Shown here one piece after another: positions 9,175 through 18,556 of a stretch of DNA of 64,000 nt. Within the stretch, counting starts at the first letter, position 1. Each line of letters opens with the position of its first letter. Both the position numbers and the translations under genes were made by a program. The notes beneath the pieces were generated by a model, which had not been told where the DNA came from, did not search any database, and saw nothing but the letters and a program-made list of their open reading frames with translations. This DNA is from FCB group bacterium (GTDB lineage: Bacteria; Zixibacteria; MSB-5A5; GN15; JAAZOE01), in assembly GCA_024231695.1 (NCBI GenBank), contig JAAEQF010000083.1:588-64587 (forward strand), written 5' to 3'.

Positions 9175-11202
9175 CTACCGGTTATCTACAAGTTTCTTGG
9201 CCTTTTCGGCGATATGTTCTGCCGACAGTCCAAATTCTTTTATTAATTGCCACGATTTTCCAGATTCGCCAAAGCGATCCTGAACGCCAAGCATATCAAA
9301 ATGGATTCTCTTTCCGGCCAGAGCCGTGTCGCAAAGCACGGTTGAGGCTATCCAGTTGCCCATACCGCCGACCTGATGCTCTTCACAAGTAAGAATGGCC
9401 CCGGTTTCCACTGCAGCCCGGATAATGGCTTGACGGTCAAGAGGTTTGATCGTGTGCAGGTTGACAACTCGTGTTTCCAGCCCGAATTCCTCCTTCAGAA
9501 TCCAAGCCGCCCGGCAGGCTTCGGCCGTTTCCGGACCGCAAGCGATAAGCGTCAAATCTTCTTTTTCATCTTTATAGTTTTCGGCCAGACAGACATCAAA
9601 GGCGTCGATGAAATTTTCCTTTTCACCCCGATAACGGAATATATTTGCTTTACCGAAAATATAAGGAGTTTCCTCGGTTGTGATAATCGGTGTGGCTTCG
9701 CGGGCAAAACGGAGATACTTCGGTCCAACGACTTCAAAGAGCAGTCCCCGGGTCGCCTTCTTGACCTCGACCGAGTCGCAGGGAGCGCTGACATTCATAT
9801 TCGGCATACCACACATCTGGAACAGAGATTCCAGTTCCTGATGAGTCGCCCCGTCAGGTCCAACCGATACACCGCCATGAGCTCCGACAATAAGCACGTT
9901 CAATTTGGCATAGGCCACGGAAACCCGCAGCTGATCGAGGTTTCGGGCCGAGGAGAAAACGCCGTAAGTACCGAAAACCGGAATTTTCCCTTCCCGGGCC
10001 AGTCCGGCGGCTACAGTCGTGCCACCCTGTTCGGCAATCCCGACCGAGAACCAGCGGTTCAGCCGTTCCGGGTGCTTGTCGTAAAAATTGGAAATGGTGA
10101 TCGAGCCGGAGATGTCGGCCCCTATACAGCAGATGCGTTCGTCATCGCCGTATTCGTCGAGAGCACGGCCCATCCCTTTACGGGTCGGATCCATCTCGGC
10201 TTTCATATTATCACCTGTGTTCCACCAGTAATCGCGGGAATATTTCGGCATCTTGGTGGTTAGCCCGGTCTCGACTTTAACTTGATAGTCATTGATTGAT
10301 TTAAAATATTTCTGCACATCAAAAGTATCGGTAAGGCCAAGCTCAACCAGACTTTTGTCCAGCTCTTCGCGATTCGGCGACTTGCCGTGCCAGCCGGCGA
10401 CATCTTCCATAAAACTGATGCCTTTGCCCTTGATGGTCGTGGCCAGAATACAGATCGGCTTGTCGCCGGTGTTATCGCGAGCTTTTTCCAAAGCCGGGAC
10501 AATCTGTTCCATATCATGACCATCTATTTCAATAACTTCCCAGCCAAAGGCACGATATTTGTCAGCCAGCGGCTCAAGTTTCATCACATCCTCGGTGCGT
10601 CCGTCAATCTGCAGATGGTTGCGGTCCAGAATCATTATCAAGTTGTTAAGTTTGAAATTGGACGCGCACATGGCTGCTTCCCACATAGAGCCTTCCTGTT
10701 GCTCGCCGTCGGAAGAGATGATATATATTTTGTGGTCTTTCTTGTCCAGCTTGGCTGCCAGAGCCATGCCTATTCCAACCGAAAATCCCTGCCCCAGCGA
10801 TCCGGCGGACATTTCCACACCAGGTAAATCGCGCCAATGTGGATGGCCCTGATAGGGCGCTCCGAGAGCCCGTAATTTGGCCAGTTCCTCTTCCGGGAAA
10901 TAACCGGAGACAGCCAGCGAAACATAAAGAGCCGGAGCTTTGTGACCGGCCGACCAGACGATACGATCACGATCATCCCAATCCGGTTTTTTGGGATCGT
11001 GTTTGGCTACTCTCAGATAGAGGGCGGCCAGTAGATCCATCATCGACAGAGTACCACCGGAATGTCCTGATCCGGCACAGCATAAAGACACCAGGTTTAG
11101 TCCGCGCATGTAGTTGGCGCGCTTTTTTAATTGCTCTATGGTCATATCAGTTCCTGCCATTATGGTTCCTGTATTCACTGAGTTCATTAATCCTCCCGAC
11201 AT
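9175..11202 (-). CDS. tkt: Transketolase (N- and C-terminal halves of the split-type enzyme fused)
   Basis: SGHSGG, GHKAP, GSLGQG, SDGE...N TPP-binding region, GIAEQ, DGATHQ. Confidence 0.88.
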   Translation of the reverse strand: MSGGLMNSVNTGTIMAGTDMTIEQLKKRANYMRGLNLVSLCCAGSGHSGGTLSMMDLLAALYLRVAKHDPKKPDWDDRDRIVWSAGHKAPALYVSLAVSGYFPEEELAKLRALGAPYQGHPHWRDLPGVEMSAGSLGQGFSVGIGMALAAKLDKKDHKIYIISSDGEQQEGSMWEAAMCASNFKLNNLIMILDRNHLQIDGRTEDVMKLEPLADKYRAFGWEVIEIDGHDMEQIVPALEKARDNTGDKPICILATTIKGKGISFMEDVAGWHGKSPNREELDKSLVELGLTDTFDVQKYFKSINDYQVKVETGLTTKMPKYSRDYWWNTGDNMKAEMDPTRKGMGRALDEYGDDERICCIGADISGSITISNFYDKHPERLNRWFSVGIAEQGGTTVAAGLAREGKIPVFGTYGVFSSARNLDQLRVSVAYAKLNVLIVGAHGGVSVGPDGATHQELESLFQMCGMPNMNVSAPCDSVEVKKATRGLLFEVVGPKYLRFAREATPIITTEETPYIFGKANIFRYRGEKENFIDAFDVCLAENYKDEKEDLTLIACGPETAEACRAAWILKEEFGLETRVVNLHTIKPLDRQAIIRAAVETGAILTCEEHQVGGMGNWIASTVLCDTALAGKRIHFDMLGVQDRFGESGKSWQLIKEFGLSAEHIAEKAKKLVDNR

Positions 11203-11251
11203 TGTAAATTCAGGGTTCTATGGATGAATCTGGCATATTACAAGGTTGATG

Positions 11252-11842
11252 TCAACCCCTTTTGATGAGGCCAAGGTACATTTTTTCAGCTTTTTTCCTC
11301 AGGTCGGCCAAGTCTTTATTATTTGTGATTATCAAGTTCGATTCCCGGCGCAAAACGGCCAGACTGAGTTGGGATTTGGTTCTTCGCCTGATTTCTTCTT
11401 CAGTCAAACCTCGCGCCAGAAGACGCTCCTGGCGAAGACGTGATATGGAATTGACCAGAATAGTGTAATCCATTTTCCGGTTATAATTCCACGCAATCAA
11501 TAGCGCCGCATCGACCACGGCATGGCCGCCTCGTGCCCTTACTCGCGCTATTCGCTGGTCAAGTCTATTGAGAAGTCCCGGATGGACTATCTCGTTGAGG
11601 ATTTCCGTTTTTTCGGCCGAAGCAAAGGCCAGAAGACCCAGAGCACGGCGATTTAGAGTTCGGTTGGGGTTTAATATTGTCGGCCCGAATTCAACTACTA
11701 GACGATAAAAAGCCACCGAATCGTGTTCGATCACTTCCCGTCCGAGATCATCACCACTGATAATTTCCGCTCCCAGTCTGCCAAACACCGCAGCCACTTC
11801 CGACTTGCCGGACCCGATCAAACCGGTCAGCCCCAGAATCAT
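11252..11842 (-). CDS. coaE: Dephospho-CoA kinase
   Basis: GLTGLIGSGKS P-loop, LNEIVHP; directly follows polA. Confidence 0.92.
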   Translation of the reverse strand: MILGLTGLIGSGKSEVAAVFGRLGAEIISGDDLGREVIEHDSVAFYRLVVEFGPTILNPNRTLNRRALGLLAFASAEKTEILNEIVHPGLLNRLDQRIARVRARGGHAVVDAALLIAWNYNRKMDYTILVNSISRLRQERLLARGLTEEEIRRRTKSQLSLAVLRRESNLIITNNKDLADLRKKAEKMYLGLIKRG

Positions 11843-14578
11843 CTATTTGGCCTCCAACCAGTTCGTCCCTATGCCGATATCTACTACCAGTGGCGCTTTC
11901 AACTTAAGGGCACTGGTCATTTTATCGCGCACAATCTCGGTCAGCTTTTTTAACTCCTCTTTGGGCGCGTCAAAAACAAGTTCATCGTGAACCTGTAAAA
12001 CCATCTTTGATTTCATGGAAATCAGCGTCCGGTCGATTTTTATCATAGCCAATTTAATCATGTCGGCCGCTGTCCCCTGAATCGGAGTATTTATGGCCAT
12101 GCGTTCGGAGAACTGACGGCGCTGGAAATTCTTGCTGTTTATCTCCGGTAAATACCGACGTCGACCTGACAGAGTGGTCACATATCCTTTTTTGCGAGCC
12201 ATGGCAATGGTTTCATCCATATAGGTGCGGATACCCGGATAACGTTCAAAATAGGTGTCGATGAAATCTTTCGATTCGCTGAGATTCAATTCTGTCTGCC
12301 GGGCTAACCCAAAGGCCGATACGCCATAGACGACTGCGAAATTTGCTGTCTTGGCTGCCCGCCGCATCTCCGGCGTGATGTCCTCAACCGAAACGCCATA
12401 CACTTCGGCCGCCGTTCGCGAATGAATATCCTCGCCCGAATTAAAAGCCTCAATCAACCCGGGATCGTTTGAGAAATGGGCCAGTATCCGCAGTTCCACC
12501 TGTGAATAGTCGGCCACCAGAAGCGCATGATTTTCATCGGTCGGGATAAAAGCTTTTCGAATCTCGCGACCGGTTTCGGTCCGTACCGGAATATTCTGTA
12601 AATTGGGATCTGAGGAGGATAACCGCCCGGTAGCCGCCACCGCCTGATTATAAGACGTATGTACGCGCCCTGTTTCCGGATTAACCAGTTCCGGCAGCGC
12701 ATCAACATAAGTGGATTTCAATTTGTTCAACTGCCGATATTCGAGAATTGATTTGGGAAGCGGATGAACGGCCGAAAGCTCTTCCAACACCCGCACATCA
12801 GTCGAATAACCTGTTTTCTTGGCCGTCTTTCGTTTGGTGGGAAGCTTCAATTCTTCGAATAAGATTTTTGACAACTGCTGAGTCGAATTGATATTAAACT
12901 CAGACCCGGACATTTCGTAAATCGCGCTGGTAATTGAGTATATTTCTTCCTGCATCTGATCGGAGAGCCGCCCAAGAAAATCAGTATCTATTCGGATGCC
13001 ATGCTGTTCCATCCGCGACAGGACGCCGACCAGCGGCAGTTCCATGTCATAATAGAGCCGGGCAAGTTTCAATTCTTCGATTTTAGGAGCAAAAATGCCC
13101 CGGAGACGAAAAGTATAATCGGCATCCTCAGCCGCGTAACGAGCAGCCGTTTCCGGATCTACAGTGGCGAAAGATTTCTGTTTCTTTCCGCTTCCGATCA
13201 AATCACTGATGGTGATCATTTGATGATTAAAATGTTCAATAGCCAGATTATCCAGATTGTGTCCGCGCGCCGAAGGATTGAGAACATAGGAGGCCAGCAT
13301 CGTATCGAATGATATCGGCGTAACCGTATATCCCGCACGTTCCATTATTTGCAGGTCATATTTAAAGTTCTGGGCAATCTTCTGCACATTTTGCTTTTTC
13401 ATCAATGGCGAAAGAATTTTGAAGACATCATCGGCTGGTAAATTCAATTCCGGCTTTTCGGTATGACCGATTGGAATATAATAGGCTTCCCCCGCCTTGG
13501 CCGATATTGATATTCCCACCAGATTGGCAATTAGCGGATCAAGCGAGTCGGTCTCGGTATCAAAAGCAAATTCTCGAACTTTGGTCAGCCTGTTAACAAA
13601 CTTTTTCAAGTCTGCCAGAGATTCCACCCGATGATAGGCGGATTTGTCTTCGGCTTCTTTTTCCGATGGGAGCTGCTTCTGCTCACCAAACAATTCATTC
13701 AGCAGATTGAAAAATTCCAAATCGGTGAAAAGAACTTTGCATTTATCGAGATCGGGTTCCTGGTGGGCAATATCATCCAAAGATATTGTCAGCGGGACTT
13801 GGCGGTCAATTGTCACCAATTGGCGCGATAACCGGGCCAGGTCTTTATTGCCAGAGACCTTGGCGCGCACGCCTTTGGCCTTGATTTGTTCGGCGTTTTC
13901 AAGGATAGTATCGAAATTACCGAATTGATCCATCAGCGCCAAAGCCGTCTTGGGCCCAACGCCGGGAATTCCGGGGATATTGTCGGAACTGTCGCCGGTC
14001 AGGGCCATCAAATCAATAATCTGCTCAGGATAAACGCCCACCTTTGCTTTGACCGCGTCGCGATCCATCTTGAGCGCCGGCAAGACCCCCTTCTGCGGGA
14101 TATACATTTGTATTCGTTCGCCGACAAGCTGAAAAAAATCTTTATCCGCCGAGACGAGTTTGACTTCCAGGTCTTTCTTCGCACCCATGTCGGCCAAAGT
14201 GGCAATAATGTCGTCGGCCTCAAATCCCTCTAAGGCTAAATGGGGAACGTTCAAGGCCTCAATCGCCTCATTGATGCGAGGAAGCTGTGACACCATATCA
14301 TCCGGCATCGGGGCTCGATTCGATTTATACTGGTCATACATCTCATGACGGAATGTCGGCGCCTTGGTATCAAAAATCACGGCCAGGTAATCAGGTCTTT
14401 CCTCACGAATTATTTTGATCAACGAATTTATAAAACCGTAAACGGCCGATGTATTTTCGCCTTTGGAATTTATGAGCGGATTGCGAATAAAAGCGTAATA
14501 AGCCCGGTAGGCCATGGCTGACCCATCGATAAGAAACAAACTTTTAGATTTGCCGGACGATTCCTTATCCTTTGACAT
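11843..14578 (-). CDS. polA: DNA polymerase I
   Basis: LIDG 5'-3' exonuclease, FDTET 3'-5' exonuclease, ADYSQVELR, KTANF, QVHDEL. Confidence 0.98.
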   Translation of the reverse strand: MSKDKESSGKSKSLFLIDGSAMAYRAYYAFIRNPLINSKGENTSAVYGFINSLIKIIREERPDYLAVIFDTKAPTFRHEMYDQYKSNRAPMPDDMVSQLPRINEAIEALNVPHLALEGFEADDIIATLADMGAKKDLEVKLVSADKDFFQLVGERIQMYIPQKGVLPALKMDRDAVKAKVGVYPEQIIDLMALTGDSSDNIPGIPGVGPKTALALMDQFGNFDTILENAEQIKAKGVRAKVSGNKDLARLSRQLVTIDRQVPLTISLDDIAHQEPDLDKCKVLFTDLEFFNLLNELFGEQKQLPSEKEAEDKSAYHRVESLADLKKFVNRLTKVREFAFDTETDSLDPLIANLVGISISAKAGEAYYIPIGHTEKPELNLPADDVFKILSPLMKKQNVQKIAQNFKYDLQIMERAGYTVTPISFDTMLASYVLNPSARGHNLDNLAIEHFNHQMITISDLIGSGKKQKSFATVDPETAARYAAEDADYTFRLRGIFAPKIEELKLARLYYDMELPLVGVLSRMEQHGIRIDTDFLGRLSDQMQEEIYSITSAIYEMSGSEFNINSTQQLSKILFEELKLPTKRKTAKKTGYSTDVRVLEELSAVHPLPKSILEYRQLNKLKSTYVDALPELVNPETGRVHTSYNQAVAATGRLSSSDPNLQNIPVRTETGREIRKAFIPTDENHALLVADYSQVELRILAHFSNDPGLIEAFNSGEDIHSRTAAEVYGVSVEDITPEMRRAAKTANFAVVYGVSAFGLARQTELNLSESKDFIDTYFERYPGIRTYMDETIAMARKKGYVTTLSGRRRYLPEINSKNFQRRQFSERMAINTPIQGTAADMIKLAMIKIDRTLISMKSKMVLQVHDELVFDAPKEELKKLTEIVRDKMTSALKLKAPLVVDIGIGTNWLEAK

Positions 14579-15245
14579 ACAACCCCTCTTGATAGATTAT
14601 CTTTTCCACTTCCGCCGGAACCATATACTTGATGGACATGCGCGACCGCACGCGCTCTCTGATATCGCACGAGGAGACATCATATTGAGGAATCATGATC
14701 CGCTCGGCTCCTTTCAGGACATCATTGCCGGCCGTGTTAAAACTGTATCCCGGACGGGCGGCTATGACGATCTTGATCCTATCCACAATCTCTTCGTATT
14801 TATGCCAGCTTTCAAATTCTTCAACCAAATCCGATCCGATAATTAGTAACAGTTCCACAGCGGTGTATTTGCCTTGCAGATAGTCGATCAAATCGATGGT
14901 ATATTGCAAATCAGGAGGAGAATCCTCGAGTACGAATCGGTGGTTACTGGACAACGCCGCCCGTACCATTTCCCGCCGCTGATCATAGTTGTTGACATGA
15001 TTGTCCGGCTTGAAGGGATGCAATCGGGCCGGGATAAATATCATCCCATCGGCCTCGACTGAATGCATGACCGCTTCGGCCATCACCAGATGTCCCATAT
15101 GGACGGGGTTGAAAGTCCCCCCCATTATTCCCCAGCGGCCGCCCTGTGAAGGACTACTCTTTTTCTGTTGTTTCGGCAAGTTTTTTGTTTGTTTTGCCCA
15201 CCATTTGCCGGGCCTTATCCACCAACTCATGCCCGGGATAGACAA
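14565..15245 (-). CDS. nadD: Nicotinate-nucleotide adenylyltransferase
   Basis: GGTFNPVHMGH, YTID, IIGSD, VSSCDIR. True start is probably downstream, near 15180. Confidence 0.92.
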   Translation of the reverse strand: MSIPGMSWWIRPGKWWAKQTKNLPKQQKKSSPSQGGRWGIMGGTFNPVHMGHLVMAEAVMHSVEADGMIFIPARLHPFKPDNHVNNYDQRREMVRAALSSNHRFVLEDSPPDLQYTIDLIDYLQGKYTAVELLLIIGSDLVEEFESWHKYEEIVDRIKIVIAARPGYSFNTAGNDVLKGAERIMIPQYDVSSCDIRERVRSRMSIKYMVPAEVEKIIYQEGLYVKG

Positions 15246-15948
15246 CCATAAAATTGTTGAATTTTTGAAGAGCTTCTTCGAATTTACCCCGTTTGAAATT
15301 CAGCTCTCCCTGGTAGAATAACGCCCGCGCCGACCATTCGCTGTCGGTATGTTCGTCAATAACGGTTTGAAAGTAGATATCGGCGGAATCGTAATAACTC
15401 AGACGCAAATAGGTCCGCCCACTTTCGAAGCGCTTTTTAGCCAACCTTTCGCGAGCTGCGTCCAACGCGGCTCGGGCATCTTCGTTGGCATCCGATTCCG
15501 GATAATCGGTGATGAAATCTTCCAGGGCCTTGATTGCCCGTAAAAGTTCAGTTTGATCGAGTCCATAATTACCCGGCGATGATTTGAAATAACAAAGACC
15601 AGTCATGTATTGAGAATTGTCCACAAAGGGCGATCCGGGATAAGTATTGACCAGCCGTTCAAACTCGGCGGCGGCCATGTAATAATCTTTCTGAGAGTAA
15701 TAGGATTGAGCCAGATAAAACTGGGCCGAGTCAACCATCGCGGCGCCACTGAAGTTATATATCAACTTTTGAAAACCATCGATCGCTTTTAGATAATGCC
15801 GTTTGCCATATTCATTCATCGAATAACTGTACTGCTCATCAGCGGTTGGGTATATTTTCATTGTTGTGCCACCGCACCCGGCCAGGAGGCCGAGAAGTAT
15901 AGTGGTGATTATCAATCCGGAAGTGAACTCGGTGCGCTTAAATGTCAT
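15154..15948 (-). CDS. bamD: Outer membrane protein assembly lipoprotein BamD
   Basis: Lipobox LAGC, TPR repeats, LDQT and DYPES motifs typical of BamD/YfiO. Confidence 0.85.
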   Translation of the reverse strand: MTFKRTEFTSGLIITTILLGLLAGCGGTTMKIYPTADEQYSYSMNEYGKRHYLKAIDGFQKLIYNFSGAAMVDSAQFYLAQSYYSQKDYYMAAAEFERLVNTYPGSPFVDNSQYMTGLCYFKSSPGNYGLDQTELLRAIKALEDFITDYPESDANEDARAALDAARERLAKKRFESGRTYLRLSYYDSADIYFQTVIDEHTDSEWSARALFYQGELNFKRGKFEEALQKFNNFMVVYPGHELVDKARQMVGKTNKKLAETTEKE

Positions 15949-16591
15949 ATTTTTCTTTCAGCATGTTGAAGTTTTCCCATATCCTGCGGAAGTATTCACG
16001 CGGCAACGGCTGATTTTGCCGCAACCGCCCTCGCAGGCGACTCTCTCCAAAATTATATGCTATTATACCCTTTTTGACATCTTTAAATTTAAGAATTTGT
16101 TCAAAAAGATGCAAAGTTCCCAGCCGGACATTGGTCACCGGGTCGAAAAGCTGATCAGAACCTCTCCAGCCAAGGCCGCTTCGCTCGGCCAGATCCGCTC
16201 CGGTGCGGGGCATCACCTGCATAATTCCGCGGGCGCCGACATTCGACACCTGTCCTTTTTTAAAGGTCGATTCGGTCAGGATTACGGCCATAACCAGAAG
16301 CGGGTCATAGTTGTAACGATTGCTTTCCTCAAAAACAACTGCCGCCAGCTGCTGCTTTTCCTCTTCGTTAAAGCCAATCTGAAAATCCTCAATTACCTGA
16401 AAGATTTTCAGTTTCTCCTCCATTTCGGTGAGGCGCTGGCGTTGATAATCTATAATCCGGTGCAGATCGTATTTGTCCTTAATCAAGAAAACCAACAGAG
16501 TAGACTGCAGTAAATAGATCAGGACTAAAAGCAAGGCAATTGTTTTGGAAAAAAAGATGCCGGTTTTTTCGAAATTAACTCCGGGACTCAT
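15938..16591 (-). CDS. Membrane-anchored lytic transglycosylase (SLT domain)
   Basis: N-terminal TM helix and coiled coil; ILTES, GARGIMQVMP, AYN motifs. Confidence 0.88.
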   Translation of the reverse strand: MSPGVNFEKTGIFFSKTIALLLVLIYLLQSTLLVFLIKDKYDLHRIIDYQRQRLTEMEEKLKIFQVIEDFQIGFNEEEKQQLAAVVFEESNRYNYDPLLVMAVILTESTFKKGQVSNVGARGIMQVMPRTGADLAERSGLGWRGSDQLFDPVTNVRLGTLHLFEQILKFKDVKKGIIAYNFGESRLRGRLRQNQPLPREYFRRIWENFNMLKEKYDI

Positions 16592-16595
16592 GAGA

Positions 16596-17915
16596 CTATC
16601 CCTTTCTTCCCAGAAGGTCGTAGCCGTCGCAACCGGTGATTAGCGCAGGGACAATGCTGCCGGGAGCTGCATCGACAAAATCCAGCCGTACCGATTGATC
16701 AATTTCGGGTGCATCGTATCGCGTGCGCCCGATTGAGAATCCGTTCTCTTTATCGACTGTTTCAACCAGGACTTCCAGTTGGCGTCCTTTCTCTTCCACG
16801 TTCAATTCGAAAGCTATATCCTGTTGCATCATCATCAACTGGCTGTACCGATCCTGAGCCGTTTCCTCGTCGATACCGCGATCAAGTGTACTTGCCGGAG
16901 TATCCTCTTCGGCCGAATACACAAATGCACCCATTCGATCAAAACGTTGTTCGGCGGCAAAAGCGGCAAGTTCGTCGAATTCCTTGTCCGTTTCTCCCGG
17001 AAAACCAACTATAAAGGTCGTGCGCACGGCAACTCGGTCACCATGTAATCGTATCCGTTCCAAAAGTTTTTCGATCTGCAACCGAGTAACTCGCCGATTC
17101 ATCCGTTTCAGAATCCGGTCGCTGATATGTTGTAACGGTAAATCAAAGTAGGAACATATGCGCGAATTGTCAATCATATACTCGATCAGTTCGGGTTGCA
17201 ATCTGGCCGGGTGCAAGTACATAATTCTCAGCCAAAAGTCGCCGGGAATGGCGCCAAGTGCATCCAGCAGTTTCAACAATTGAGGCCGGTTATATAGATC
17301 ACGGCCATAGGCGGAGGATTCCTGGGATACCAGAATTAATTCGCTTTTGCCACTATCGACAAGCATCCGGGCTTCATCGACGATATTTTCAATCTTACGG
17401 CTTCGAAACGGGCCACGGATGTCAGGTATAGCACAATAACTGCATCTATTGTCGCAGCCGTCAGAAATTTTTAAATAGCCGTAAACCTCGTCCGGGTTGA
17501 CGGTTCGCCTGAAATCGTATTCCGGGAAATGCCTAAGATTCTCACTACGGGCAATCACTCGGCCCTTTTTACCTTCAAAAATTAAAGGAATATCGGTGAT
17601 ATTATTGAGGCCGAAAATACCGTCCAGTTCGGGCATTTGCTTTTGCAAATCCTCGGCGTAGCGCTGGCTGAGGCATCCGGTCAGAATCAGTTTTTTTTCG
17701 CTCCCGATTTCTTTGAGCTGAGCCAGTTTCAGGGCTGCCTCAATTGATTCCTCTTTGGCCGATTGGATAAAAGCGCAACTGTTGATGATCAAGAGATCGG
17801 CCTGATCGGGATTATCGGTGGGTAGCATTTGTTGTTGTTGCAGAAAGCCGGAGATATAATCGGCATCGACGTCGTTTTTGGGACAACCCAGCTTGTGTAT
17901 GTAAAATGTCTTCAT
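16596..17915 (-). CDS. rimO: Ribosomal protein S12 methylthiotransferase
   Basis: LGCPKN, NSCAFI, GC, radical SAM CDNRCSYC, C-terminal TRAM domain with APEID. Confidence 0.95.
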   Translation of the reverse strand: MKTFYIHKLGCPKNDVDADYISGFLQQQQMLPTDNPDQADLLIINSCAFIQSAKEESIEAALKLAQLKEIGSEKKLILTGCLSQRYAEDLQKQMPELDGIFGLNNITDIPLIFEGKKGRVIARSENLRHFPEYDFRRTVNPDEVYGYLKISDGCDNRCSYCAIPDIRGPFRSRKIENIVDEARMLVDSGKSELILVSQESSAYGRDLYNRPQLLKLLDALGAIPGDFWLRIMYLHPARLQPELIEYMIDNSRICSYFDLPLQHISDRILKRMNRRVTRLQIEKLLERIRLHGDRVAVRTTFIVGFPGETDKEFDELAAFAAEQRFDRMGAFVYSAEEDTPASTLDRGIDEETAQDRYSQLMMMQQDIAFELNVEEKGRQLEVLVETVDKENGFSIGRTRYDAPEIDQSVRLDFVDAAPGSIVPALITGCDGYDLLGRKG

Positions 17916-18532
17916 GGCATCAGGATGATTTCCACCTTTGGCCCCGGTTTGAATTCGAACAGGGAGTCTGGCAGATTTTCCAGCCGGGAATAGCCCTCCA
18001 GCCGCACTTCGATCCGCGAGTCATTATCATCAAAATAAACCACTTGCAACGGCCTGTAATCCTTATTCGAAACCAACAGAGAAAAAGTTTGAGGTTCTGT
18101 CAGGCTATCGAGCGCTATCATGCTGAATTCCAGTTGAGCCGAGTCCTGTGACTGGCCCTGACAGCGATAAACTCCTTCCGGGTCATAAAGCAAGGTCAGC
18201 GGATTCCATGCTCCCATCTTGACTACCGAATCAACCATGACCTGTTGATTCTCTTCCGAATAACTCCAGTAGAGGGTGCCATTGGAGACAATAATCTGCC
18301 CCGGCATATCCAAACGGAAACGGCCGTTCCCGCCGGCCCAGAGAGACCCGCTCAAAGTATCGACCGATTGGAAAATCTCGGAATGAGTTGTTTGAATAAA
18401 ATCGACAGTAATATACTTATGAGCCTGAAGATTTTGCCGCAGATCGGAAATTTCAGGGCAATCATCGGCAGCCGTCGGAACAGACAGATTGATCATCAAT
18501 CCCAGGACAGCTATATATTGAATTAATCTCAT
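17912..18532 (-). CDS. lolA: Outer-membrane lipoprotein carrier LolA family protein
   Basis: Signal peptide, DFIQT, FRLD, IVSNG..W.Y, final F.F.P; downstream of ftsK as in many bacteria. Confidence 0.8.
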   Translation of the reverse strand: MRLIQYIAVLGLMINLSVPTAADDCPEISDLRQNLQAHKYITVDFIQTTHSEIFQSVDTLSGSLWAGGNGRFRLDMPGQIIVSNGTLYWSYSEENQQVMVDSVVKMGAWNPLTLLYDPEGVYRCQGQSQDSAQLEFSMIALDSLTEPQTFSLLVSNKDYRPLQVVYFDDNDSRIEVRLEGYSRLENLPDSLFEFKPGPKVEIILMP

Positions 18533-18556
18533 ATTGCTTATACAGAAGAGGTCGGT

